Source: Dimorphilus gyrociliatus
Taxonomy: Eukaryota > Animalia > Annelida
Direction: 5' to 3'
Length of the DNA stretch: 64,000 nucleotides
Assembly: GCA_904063045.1 (NCBI GenBank)
Contig: CAJFCJ010000004.1
Coordinates: 1,667,713 to 1,731,712, forward strand
Made by a program: the position numbers and the translations under genes. Shown one piece after another: positions 39,943 to 53,119 of the stretch (the first letter of the stretch is position 1; each line of letters opens with the position of its first letter). Below the pieces are notes generated by a model. That model ran no database searches and was not told where the DNA came from. It saw only the letters and a list, made by a program, of their open reading frames with translations.

Positions 39943-40201
39943 TAAATACTTGGGCCTGTTAGATAGGCTTTTAAATGATAAAAACCCATTGATTTTTAAA
40001 GGGTGTGTTTGTGTAGCTGGGGACAGGGGTGGTCTTACTGTCAAAAAGGGGAAAAGGGAGAAAGAGCATTGAGTGTATTTAAGTCGATCTCAATATCGTA
40101 TTGTCAATAAATTTGTTATTCGATTGAAATATAGCAATACTAAGGCGTCGGCCGAAAGGGTGAAGATATATCTTTTTTAGCTCTTTATAAAATATTAAAT
40201 A

Positions 40202-43125
40202 ATGGATGAAGATGACAATTTAAGCTATGACGAACAACAGTTCGAACACAACAGCGACCTCAAAGGCGTCGCTTACTACAAGTAAGCCGATTAAAAATAT
40301 AAATTTTAATAGAATATTATCACTTAATGTATAGTTTATCCAGTCGATTTATGAATCATTAACCAACGCCTAAATGATGAATTCATATCCTTTTTTTCTT
40401 AGTCGAGACTTAAGCGATTCGGATGAGGGTCGTAAAAGGATCTTGACAACTACTGCCGAACAGGAAGAGGCCATAAAGGATTTATTTATACAATTCGGCT
40501 GGTTGTTTGATTATAGCGTTTTGCCGGTCGTTAATAAAAATGCTACGCAATCTAGAGACGGATTTTCGGATGATGCTAGTTAGCTTTGTCAATTCTCTTC
40601 TTTTTATTCTATCATTACCACTCCTTATTGATTTATTTAGGTGCACAGAGTATGCGTACCGAAGAACACTCGTTCGGTAGCATTTCCGGACCAAATCTTC
40701 CAAGAACAGGAATCCTGCGACTCCATCCTGATGAGGAAATTAGAGATGAACAAGAGAAAGGCATTGATGCTATGTATGAGAGTCATGGCTGGGAATTGAA
40801 ATATACAGATGCATCGGAATTAATTAATATCAAAGATCTCTTACAGACACACGGAGGTTGATTATCAACAAAAAATTATTCATTTACCAAATGATTTAAT
40901 TAATTATTCTATTAATGACCTCCACAGTTCAAAATGGCCTTGAAGAGAAATCTTATACGCTTGTTCTTAAGATTACATCCGATCAATTTAACCAAATACG
41001 GAATCTATATTATGCCAATAAATGGAAATCTGAGTATTGTTCAGTCCCAATTACTCCATCTCTAATTTACCAGACGAAAACCCCACGTAATAATTAACAC
41101 TTGATTAACCAAAATAATTGTTATGTAATAGGAAATTAATAGATTTAATTCTCTTTTGTTTAGACTTACAACCAAACGTTGCTTTAGTCAAAGTAAATAG
41201 AGATCAAGAATGGAAACTGAAAGAATGTTTTTGGCGAAATAGATGGGATTTTGAGAGTTCAGTTCTTGCTGTTCTTCCCCATTATCAAATTGAAAGGAGA
41301 AAACAAGAAGGGGAATTAAGTAAGAAAAGATTACTGTTATGTCAAATAAAACCAGCAGAACGTCATATTCTAAAGGAATATGAAGAATTAAACGATAAAA
41401 ATATACAGGAAAGTTGTCTTATTGACGTGATTGACGAAACTTCCGGTTAGTATACGTTTTCCTATCTCAATAAGGAAGTTCTTTTCATCTTCTCTTCTTT
41501 TGATATGCCTTACAGCAATGGTCATTCAAAATTGTAATCGTTACCTTGTTATAAGAATAACAAAGTCTGAGTCAGAGCACATACAGCAATTTTTCTTTGA
41601 GCATGGTTCCTCGCTTAATTTCACTACTTTAGATAGTGAAAGATTCACGGAGCCCAGAGGTAGAAATATCATATATATCTATTATTCCATGCTAAGCATA
41701 TTTTGAATATCAGTATTTTTTCCATTGCTCGTATAGAGGAATCAGAAGATAATCAATCCAAGATAAAGTTCTATTGGCATGTTATAGGGAGAATAGCTGC
41801 TTTTTTACTAATCGCTATTCACCTAGCTGTGGCTGCAGGATTTCTTAACACTGCGTATAAACAGTTACACTACAGGGCTATAAAGACCTTAGGGAAAAAT
41901 ATCGATTATAAATCTCTAAGAGCGGAGGTTTGTAAATGTAAATAGGCCATCAACTGATATCATTAACTATAGGAAAAAATAGGTGACAGCTTCTGTAGTG
42001 CTGGTTATCATTGCTATCTCCTGTATGATGCTAATCCTCTCCGGATTAATCAAGCTTATACCAAAATTGTATGATATTGGTAATAGGTTAAAGCATTTGA
42101 TACCAATACCTATTTTTTTCTTTATCCTGTAAGTAGTTCTATTGCTAGCGTTTTTTTATATTACCCTAATTAGTTGTTTTTGTTCTGAATATTTTTAAGG
42201 TTTGGGATGTATTCTATTTGGATTGCATCATCATGCTTACAGTTGGCCGTTCAATATGTGGATTCAGAACCGCAAAATATACTTTGCACTGAGGAAGCTA
42301 ATAAATGCTTGTGTATCTTACCTCACGCAAATCATTGGCTGGAATTCGCAATAAACCATTCTAGAAAATGCTCTGAAGAATATTTGTTAAAGCGTCTAGA
42401 CGCCTTAGGAATTTATTATGACAAAATTGCAAGAGTCTCAGTTAGAAATATTACCTTTGACAATGACGTTTATGACATAGGAAGAGTAACTTCGGTACGT
42501 ATGATATAATTAAATAGGTCTTTTTAAAAATTAATTACATGCTTATTCTTTTTATTGAAACCAAAAATAGGCATTCCGGTCTCTATCATTCTCTCCTGCA
42601 ATTTTAACAGCGACACTCGTATGTTTGACCCCCGATCTAGTCGGATCTATAAGTCTGGGAAGATTACGTTTATTCATGGACGCTTGCCTCAGAGCTCTGC
42701 TCGACTTAATCGACATTCTCGATCTACTTTCCTACGTATTTGCCACACCATCTCAATATAAAGAGCAGAAAGCTCTGATACTTATCTTAGGCATTTTATT
42801 CGTTTTTATATCGCTAATTGTAATTGTGCAAATTGTATCTCATGATGCCTTTAGATGTGGGGTAAGGCTTGTAAGCCGGAAGAGTAAATATTGGGCGTTT
42901 GTGACGGCTATTAATTTACTAGTTTATTATGTTTTCTTTGCCCAATTTGCCCTGTTTATAGTTAGAGTTTGGACAGGACATGTGAGATGGTCGCATGGAG
43001 GTGCTGTTATTGCAGAACTAGCTTTCATATCATTTATCGTTAAGGAATTTGTTGTTCTGGTCGATGCCTATCTAAACAGAAATAGACGACGTGCAATAGT
43101 TAAATACGAATCGGAAGATAATTAA
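40202..43125 (+). CDS. Multi-pass membrane protein with N-terminal repeats; C-terminus weakly TMEM121/TMEM26-like
   Basis: About 10 exons joined in frame from MDEDDNLSYDEQQ to ...VKYESEDN*. Several hydrophobic segments after ~41770 and a LLDLIDILDLL motif. Family assignment is tentative. Confidence 0.7.
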
Positions 43126-43443
43126 AGGACAATCCATTGTTTTTTTTTATAAATAAATATATATATAAAAGCACTGCTTTTTGTGCTATGTCCTATTTTT
43201 TTATGCGTTTTTTGACTTTCACTTAAATATATAAAGTCTAAACTTTCGCTGTTTTTGAGTAATAAGCTTCAATTCTGCTCATTAACGAAATTACTCAATT
43301 AAAAGGGTATAAATTCGGGTGGTTTGCTTGCCACTTCGCACAACTTTAAGCGGGAACGGTGCCGTTTACAAGTCTCCATCGTACTTTCTGCTTTAGAATT
43401 GAATTTTCCAATTTATTTTCAACTATTTGTAAATAACCTGAGC

Positions 43444-43521
43444 ATGGTAAGTGTTAAATATTATTTGTGTTGAATTGCTTCTCTCTCTCTCTTTCTCTCT
43501 CTCTTTCTTTCTCTCTCTGTC

Positions 43522-43584
<63 letters not shown>

Positions 43585-46500
43585 TATATATATGTATTTA
43601 ATTAATTATCTCGATAACACGGCTTAACCTACGTCAATTTCTTTCTTTTTTTCAGCTGAGGAAGGCAGCTGTGCAAGAGTATTTTTTTTTTTACCTGCTA
43701 GTCTTTAGCCAACTATTTGGCGTCCACTTAGGTTCCGAATTAGGTGAGTAGTTATACTCATTAAGAGTAGAATACTCCTGCGTGCACGTAGGGGAAAAAA
43801 TTGTTACATTTCACAACTAATTGGTTTTCTTTTCCCTTTCTTTTCCTCTTCAATTTTCTTAATAGAGTCCTTTTTTTTGGTCAAATCTGATAAAAAATTA
43901 TTAGGAATTGACGGTGACTCTAGTTCTCCCAAAAAATTGCTGAGTGATGCTCAATATGTAAACGCTTTTGGTTAGTACAAAAAATATCGTTGTACTTTAA
44001 TTGGTTCAATAGTTTTTTATTGTTTTAATGTTGTATATACCACTTTCCAGATGCTGATTTGCAAACTAAGACTCTATATTATTACCATACAAAAGAGAAA
44101 GTTATCTACTCTCAACCTTTGGAAGGTGGACAACGAACTGAAGAATTCTCTTATAGTGAGCTTTAAACTATTTAATACGCATTTATTTACATATATACAG
44201 TATAGAGATTTAATGTCAATTGCTAATAGATCTGGAAGGATTATATCGCATTCAGTTCGATGGCAGAGATAATAATTTATATCTTGGTATTAATAAGAAG
44301 AATTTGGGATCCTTTATCGTCGTTTGTTCTCTACATAAATCAAAGAAAGAAAGGAAGTGTTCGACAATTGTAGAAGAAAAACAGATTATAACTTCTTTCT
44401 TATATGTGGACAGGTAAGAAACAAACATTTGGTCTACATTAACTCTAATTGAGTTGTTATATTCTTTGTATACTGTACTTTAATTTGGTCTTTTTATGTA
44501 GGAAATTTGCTCTATTAGTAAATAATTTAGAAAAACAACAACAAGAAGTTAAAATATGCGATGGAGATTGTAAATCGATTGTTAAACTTGATAAAGACGA
44601 AGAGTTTGTAGGAGATATCACTTATGACTATAACAAACACACAGTTATATGGACAACTAGTGAATCCAACTTTGGATTCTATAAATTAAAGAATGAGGTT
44701 ACTCTTAGAAGGAAAGCTACAAAAAAAGATTTTAAAGTTGATTCATTGGCGTTTTTCAATGGAGAAATATTTGTAGGAGAAAGGGAGACTGGACAATGTT
44801 ATCGTTTTGATATCCATAATAACTATAAAAAAGTGGATAACTTGAGAATTGGCACCGTTTCCGCAATGATGACGTCTTATTATGATAAAGATGATTACGA
44901 ATCATTTTGTAATGACGAAAAGTGTGCTACTAGTATTTGTGTATCAACGACAAAAACTTCACGATGTATTTGTCCCGTTAATGGTAAAAGTAGAAACTGT
45001 GCAAATTTCAACGACGTAGAAGTAGCTATCGGTGTATTAATTAGTCGTAGCGATGTTATTCAGTTTTACCCTGATGCTATGGGTATATTTCATTCAAACA
45101 TAGTTTATACCTTCAAAACTCAGTTTTCATCAGTAATTGGCGATTATTCTATAAAATCAAACTCTTTTATATATGCTGTATCCGAAGGTAAATATGCTGA
45201 GTTCTACAAGGTAGATTTAAATACTGGAAGACACTCTCTACTGGAAAGAATGGAAGATACTAAAGTAAGGTCTATTGCTATTGATCAAAGAACTGGTAAT
45301 ATCTATTATTCGTCGAATTTTGGTATTCGAATTTTGACTGAGAGCGGTCGGCAAGGCAGATTTAAAAATAATATTGTCTCATATGATATTGGTAGAATCT
45401 TTATCAATCCTTTCGGTTACAAACTACACGCCTTCCAACGACACAAACACAATAACGAAACAATGGTAGTTAATTACGATATGGGTTTGGATGAAGTTGG
45501 TCGGAATCTATTTTTTTATGAACCTAATGATGCTTTTGGTGTAGAAGCTACAAGAGATGGAGATATTGTTGCTGGCCACATTGCTTCAAAGTCTGGTTAT
45601 CGTGTTATTATTGAATCTATGAAAACTTTTGAAGAGAAGAAAATTACTTTAAAAACTGTACCAAGCCATATTAATCCGCACGGAAGTCAATTATTTTATA
45701 CTGTAGATAATAGGTTAATATCATATGACTTAAACTCTGATGATTCGAGTGAAAAAGTTATTTTAAAGGGTAGCGATTCAATAGATGTTTTAAAGATTTA
45801 CTCGAGAGACTTTAAAGGTATTGAAATGAATGCCTGCAAGTTTACATCATGCAGTCATGTTTGTGTAATGCTATCTGAAGAGGCAACGAAATGTATCTGT
45901 CCAAGTTTTTCATTTTTAAGGGATAAGGATAATTGTGAAAATCCTGGTTGCGATAAAGATGAATACTATTGCAAAAGTGAACAAGGAAATTCTTGTAAAA
46001 AATATTCCGATCAAAAAGGCTGCAATAATCAAAATAATTGTATAGATGATAGTGATGAATACGATTGCGAATACGGATTTTGGAAATCGTCCTTTTGTAG
46101 GACAGATACGGAATACTATTGTGAGACAGCTATTTTCCCCAAATGCGAACGGAGAGAAGACCTATGTAGCGGTGAACATAGGCCCAAATGCCTTAATACT
46201 ATAGATGAAAATGAAATTTGTAAAAATTTTAAAGAGTGTAAAAAGAATCAGTTTAAGTGTAAAAACTCTAAACCTCTATTCGCTATTTGTAAAAGTACAA
46301 GTACAGTTTGTGATGGTACACCAGACTGTCGTGATAATTCGGATGAGGACGGTTGCACAACAAATTGCCTTCAAGGACAATTTGCTTGCAAGGACCAGGA
46401 TGATTCTAAAAAAACTTTTCAATGTGTACAAAATACGACACTCTGTGACGGAAAGAATGACTGCGCAAATGGTTTAGATGAAGATACAAGCATATGTGAG

Positions 46501-48475
46501 AGTCATTGTTCAAAATCTGATCAATTTAAATGTGATTATTATGGAAGTACTTGTGTGCCTAGTTCGCTTGTATGCAACGGTGTTCCAGATTGCGAAAATG
46601 GTAGAGACGAGCAAAATTGTAAAGAATGTACAGACAGCGAATATAAATGCTCTGACTATATGGATGAAACGATATGCAGCAAACGTTGTGATGGAAATAA
46701 GGAATGCTACGATGGAAGTGACGAGAATGATTGCGACTGTGACGAGAATGAAGTAACTTGTAACTTGAAAATATGCATTGACCACAAAGACTGGTGTCAA
46801 AATCCCAATCCAAAAAAGTGTTCACGCCCGAGAAATATACCTGACTGTAGCACTACTTATAACCCTATTACTACTCCTATTAGTACTACTAATGCCGCTA
46901 CTACTAGTATTACTGTTGCTGCTACTACTACTGTTGCTACTCCTCCTCCTGCTGTTGCTGCTGATGATGATATAACTAGTACTAGCAGTAGTCCTTCAAC
47001 TAGTCAACAGACGCCTACAATACAATCGGAATCATTTGAGTCCAGTGTTTCAACGCTTTTAAAGAATTGTTCTAATGATCAGGAGATGCTATGCAAAGAT
47101 AAAACTAAATGCATACATATTAAGTTATTTTGCGATTATTCGCCAGATTGCCCTGATGGTTCGGACGAAGGTGGTCTTTGCGATGATTCGAGTGTTTGTA
47201 GGAGTAATCGAATATGTAAGAAAGGTATTTGCTATAAGCTTCCACGGGGTAAACCTATCTGTAAATGCCCACAAGGGTATTTGCAAACAGAATCTGATTG
47301 TATTGATATAAATGAATGTGAAGACGATAATCCATGCGATCAGATTTGTGACAATCTTGAAGGACATTATAAGTGCTCTTGCAAACCTGGATACACAATT
47401 GATCATAAAACGGGTACATGTACATCGAGTTATCTGCCAACTTTCTGGATTGGATCATATTCAAAAATTTATCAATATTCAGAAACTTACGACTCTTCTA
47501 TCAAATGGCAAATGAAAAATGAAAATCATTTGTCAGCAATGGCAATGACATCGAAAACTGTTATATTAAGTGAAGTAGGAAAGGATTCAACAAGCATCTA
47601 TCAATTTAATAAAATGTATCCAGATCAAAATACCACTATTATGAAGTTTGAAGATAGCGAAATTCTTGGATTAGCCTATGATTGGATTAATGAAAATATA
47701 TATTACACTGAATATAAACATTACGGAAACTATAACGATAAAGGCACAATTGGTGTTTGTACTATAAAAGAAGGCGAGACACTATGTAAGACGCTGTTTA
47801 AAGGTATTGGAAGGTTTTCCAAGGTAGTCGTTGACCCTCTTAAGGGTTATATATATTGGGTCGAATTTCAAGGAAGATACAATATACGCAGAGCAGATAT
47901 GGACTGTTCGCCCAGCTCTATTCGTACATTGTTTGAACCAGATATACACAGTGAACCGCTATTGACTGTTGATTACGCAACGCATAGGGTTTACAGCTAT
48001 TACGATGGTAAAGCTTATTCGACTGATCCTGAAATGCCAAAGAAGATTTGGTCGAGAGGTCTTCACCTTGACGCTCCAAAATCTATGGATTTTTTTGAAA
48101 GTAACGTTTTACTTAATTGAACAGAATTTTTTTTATCATAATTTTATCGGTATTCTCATTGTGAAATTCGTTTTTAGATAAGATATATTTTGGTGCTCAG
48201 GAGGGTTTGATTGAATATTCCATCAGATCAAATGTTCAAAAAACAATTTATAGATTAGACGAAAAAGTAACTTTCGTTTTACTTTCTCATAAGCTTAGGC
48301 AACCGAAAGATTCGAATGGTTTGTACTGACTAACTTCATTAATCTAAATTGCATTCCCTTTTTTCTTAATTAGAGCACGAAAAAGCGTGCTATCCAGCCT
48401 GTTCGCCCAAAGAAATCTGTTTAATGAACCCGAAGGGTGGATCTTGTGTCCAGTCGGATAAAACACACACGGGTA

Positions 48476-48510
<35 letters not shown>

Positions 48511-49649
48511 CTTACAAAAGGAAAAATTATGGAAAAAAAATTATTCATATCGAGTTAAATGTTTCAATTATACTTTGTTATAGTGACGCAACAACCGACA
48601 AATTCTCCGGATGAATTTCGTAAGTAGATTGCTTGGGAAGTGAGCTAGGGCAAGGGAAAGGGGTAAAAGGGGGGAAAGAGAACAATTTAGTTCCTTTTCT
48701 TGAGGCTAAACCATTTGCTAAACGATTTTTTTTCTTTACTTTCTCTTAGAGAATACAAGCTTACAATCGAAAATCCACGAAAGTAAGATATATATATATA
48801 TATATATTTCTTTTTTACACAATTACTAATCATTCATCTTCTTTTTCATTATCATCATCACTAATACGACTATTACTACCACTATCATCATTACCACTAT
48901 TGCTTCTTTAGCATTATTACTAAATGCGAGTATATCGGAGATATGTGACTTTTGCCAGAATGGAAATTGCATTGTCAAAGACAACAATACAACCTTTTGC
49001 GAGTGATAAGATTTTTACACCTTTTAATTAAAATTTGCTGTTGATAAGTTAAAACAGGCATTGATATTACTATTTTAATTTAAAATTTAGCTGCTCTCGT
49101 GGATATCGTGGTGAGAACTGCACGTTATTTGACAATCAGTCAGATCATCAACCGTCAAGAATGAAGAGAAACATAATTATTGCTAGTATTTTTGGAATAA
49201 TCGTAATAGTGACGGCTTTACTGCTCGTTTGGTTCTGGGAAAGACTTAAGAAATGGTAAGGAAAGTTTTGTCTACTTTATTCCAGTAATTAAAGAAATAG
49301 CAAGAATATAATTGAATAATTAATGATTAAAGGAGCAGAAAGCCGTTAAAATTGTGTGCTGGTTTGACCACTATGATTTTCCGAAGGAGTGAGGATGAAA
49401 GGAACCTGGTAGAAAACCCTGGATTTATCGAGGACGTGCATGAAATTGACGAGAAAGATGACGATAAATATGTTGAAATGAGCTACAACGTATGAATAAT
49501 CTTGTACATTTTAATTACTTTGTACACATGTGAAATTATTATGCTCATAGTGCTATATATATATATATATTGGAGATATATATATACATATTATATATAT
49601 ATATATATAAAATTTATTGATATATATATATATTCATTATATATCCATA

Positions 49650-49692
<43 letters not shown>

Positions 49693-49790
49693 TATACAAT
49701 ATATCATTCCTCTTAATCTTTACTTATCAGTCGGTGGGAAACGACACGGCAAACTCGGACGAACCAACAGTGCAATTAATAATTCGATAA
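43444..49790 (+). CDS. LDL-receptor-related protein (propeller/EGF, LDLa cluster, Thr-rich linker, EGF, TM)
   Basis: ATG-only first exon, signal peptide LRKAAVQEYFFFYLLVFSQLFG, 3.6-kb exon ~44502-48104 with LDLa repeats (CDGTPDCRDNSDEDGC, CDGKNDCANGLDE, CNGVPDCENGRDE), cbEGF (DINECEDDNPCDQICDNLEGHYKCSC), propeller LAYDWINENIYYT, TM IIIASIFGIIVIVTALLLVWFW, and probable last exon 49731-49790. Confidence 0.88.
43480..43582. repeat. (CT)n microsatellite in LRP intron 1
   Basis: Directly visible. Confidence 0.95.
49552..49700. repeat. Degenerate (TA)n tract in the last LRP intron
   Basis: Directly visible; explains the spurious YI-rich ORF. Confidence 0.9.
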
Positions 49791-50072
49791 AAGTCGAGCC
49801 TCGGATTTTATTATCACCAATTGTGCCATGGATATCGTTATCGGAACTGTTGCATTCTTCTATTTTTCGTGTTTTTGTAATAAACCGATTTTTAAATAAA
49901 GACGCTCGTATCGATCGTTAACGGTGTCCAATAGGTGGCGCTAACCGAAATTCATTACGCCAAAAATTGGCGTTGATTTACAAACGTTGAGCGGGCTTAT
50001 TAATATATTAACATGACGGATATATATTTATAAAGAAATTTTAAGCGAAATGGAATTGTGGTCGAATGGGTA

Positions 50073-50984
50073 ATGAGCTTTTTACAGATTCCATATTTTT
50101 TTACGCCTTTCGAACCGCAACGGGCGCTATACGACGTCTCTTTTTATTTCGACGAACTCAAGCGATCGCGAGAGAGATACATGGTGGGATTTTACGGAGT
50201 CCAGATCTGCTGCGAGTTGGGAAAAAATTTTTTCCCTCTAATTTGTTAACAATAAAAGTTTGTCATTTTACAGTTGCGAAGGACACGACTGCAATAAGAA
50301 CAATAGTTCTTACTTGCTACCGTCTTTATGGGCTGATAGCAGCTACGCATGGATAGCCGGAATTATTTGTATCTTTATCATCCTCTTCTCGACAGTCTGT
50401 CTCGCAGCTTATTTATGCAGAAAACACCAGCGACATAGGTAAGCCAGCCGTCTAAAAGATTAAAAATTCGGTTGAGGATAAAAGGTTGGAGCAAAGAGCT
50501 CGCCTATGGCGTCAATTAACGCTTATAAAAAGTGCAATGGGATTTAATTTATAGATCGTCGTCGTCATCATCATTTTCCATATCTTCCTTGACAAAGTTC
50601 TGCTGCAGGAGGAGACGGACCGACGATAGCAGGATATTAGTTGATTCATCTATGTGTCGTAATGAGGCTTTCGAAGGAGAACAACCCGATTCCAAAATGG
50701 TAATAAGATAATGTCAAATGAACTGTGACAAATAGGTGTATTATCTGTCTTAAAGAAAGCTAACTTAGCGTAATCTAGGTGTCTTTTTTTACGTTTTTCT
50801 TCATTATTTCATCGTTTAAATTTACAAAAATCAGGATAAATCCGAAATGAAAGATGAAGAATCGTCTAGTTCTACATCAACTCTCGACTCTCCCTTCACA
50901 AGTCGTCGTCAGAGTATCGATAACATCGCCGACGACGCCGACTCAAAACCTTTAACATATAATGAAAATTACGAGAGCGCCTAG
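50073..50984 (+). CDS. Small single-pass membrane protein of unknown function (5' end unresolved)
   Basis: Exons ~50273-50438 (CEGHDCNK..YAWIAGIICIFIILFSTVCLAAYLCRKHQRHR), ~50554-50699 and ~50836-50984 splice in frame with canonical sites and give a Ser-rich tail. Confidence 0.55.
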
Positions 50985-53119
50985 CAGCTAAAACTTTACC
51001 GGACCGACAGTATATCACTTTACTAAGTTTAGAGACGAATTTGATTTGCATATTGGCATTTCGTTAGCTACGGCTCGTATACTTTCGTTTTTTGTTTCTC
51101 ATTTCTTTCCTTCATATTGTTTTCATTCATCTTATTAAAGAAAACATAAAGGTATGTAATATATTCTGTATATACAGATCTCTACTGTGTTCTTTTTCCT
51201 ACTTTCTCTTCCCTTATTCATTTCAATTTTTGTTTATATTCTACAATATTTCTATATAAATTTATATATAGACTTCAACATTTATATATATAGATCCATT
51301 GATTTGTCTACTATATCGCATAGTTCTTGCATGTATCCAATTCTCTCACTCACACAATGATCAACTTTACTCAAGTCGGTTAAAGAAATGGTTAGACGTT
51401 TGTACTCTTTACAAGATTACGGCTATCAATACCCGTCAGATGGCGTGTTTTTTGTTTACAAAAAAGAAAATAAAGCCAAAGATTATATAATAAATAAACT
51501 GTTAATAGGCTTGTTTTTTAGCAAAAAAGCCACATATTTACAATTATTGAATAAAAAAAAAAGTACAAGACAAAAAGTAAATGCTGTCTACTTCGACTTC
51601 CTCGATATCTTTGCCTCCGTCGATTGCAATTTTATTCAGCTCTTCCTTTATATGACTGCAGAGAAAGAAGAACAATGTAATAATCAATTCCTAAGATTAT
51701 TAATAGACATGGGAAAAGAATTGCTTATGAGCCTAGCGTCTATTCTTTTGATCAGATTGAAATATTGTTTTTTAACAATTTGTATCAGAAAAAAATACCT
51801 GTAAAGTATTTAGCTAATAAAGAAATCAGCTGTTTAATTTATTTGTAACTACGTAGAAACTATCACAACAATTTGAGAGATACCAAAAATTTTTAGTATA
51901 TCGGGGTTTGGCATCGGTTTGTGTGAATATAAGATGACTGATATAGCATGCATCAATCATATTTCCGCTAACAGAATCGTTAAACAGTAAAGAAGATAAA
52001 ACAAAGCTGGTTGAATTAAACCTACGCAATAAACTGGGTTGACGCATTTTTCTATTAATTAAGTAGATTGGAGCAATTTATGGATAGTTAGAAATGAGAG
52101 TGGAACAATTGAGCGTTACATGAACTGCGTAAAAAATAAAGTCTAAATGGCTGCAGACACTCTTCCTATACATCTTCCAACTTTTATAAAAAAGCAAATT
52201 TGTACGAACAGAATAGAATGGTCTAAGAGATTATAGCAATAGGATATTGAAAATATTACGAGGTCGGGGAAATACGAGAATTCATCATTTCTCTCTCGCA
52301 AGTACTTGCTCGTCCGGAAGATGCTTATTTTTCCAAATTTATAGCTATTTTGATGTCAATTCATATTAATAAAAAAATATTACATGAAATTTACGCACTC
52401 AAGTATGAAAATGACTAGATTTACGTTCTTATTAAGGCATAAAAAGCCTGTATTCAAAAAAGAATCAACTTTTTTTATAGTATTTTCCATTTTTTTAACA
52501 GTTGATTTCCTAGATAAGATTAATTTTATGATTTCAAAGCAAGCTGTCGAAATTTACACTCAACCGGCTCCTTTGAAGATATAAAGTAGTAGTATTAGCA
52601 AATTACAAGTTAGATTTTGTTACTAATTAAATTTTATTTAAAATTAGTTGGTAATACATTCTACCATTTGTTCTCATGCTAAAACAATTATCCCAATTGA
52701 GAAAATTCTGTCGGATACTGCTATTTTTGTCTGTGAGATCAACTTTTTTTTTTAAAGTATCCCTTATTATTTATTATATATGATAAAAACGATTAAGCGG
52801 CTCGAAAAAACTCCTATATAGGTAGGATAGGATTTACCAACTTTTGTAAGAGATGTTTGCTTCTACATAAATGAAATATTGCTTTTTCTATTTTCCTAAT
52901 ATTCTTTTCATGCATACGCAGTTTTTATGAAAAGGTTACTAATTTATTATCTATTTAATTAATAATAAACAGATTCATACGTCTTCTCAAACAAAAGAGA
53001 ATGATTAATAAAGTGTTTTAGTTGTCTATTTAACAATAGAATCAACTAATAATCATAATTTATTAAACTAACGCAGGTGGACATGACTGCATATGAAACA
53101 TAACTACTAGATACTTAAG

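Noticed and set aside
46205-47515. Numerous short alternative-frame and antisense ORFs within the LRP exon (likewise at 58346-58964, 60420-60783, 17949-18797)
   Set aside because: Shadows of real coding sequence with low-complexity translations.
49502-49921. 139-aa YI-rich ORF
   Set aside because: Artefact of a (TA)n intron tract; the real exon there is most likely the LRP terminal exon in another frame.
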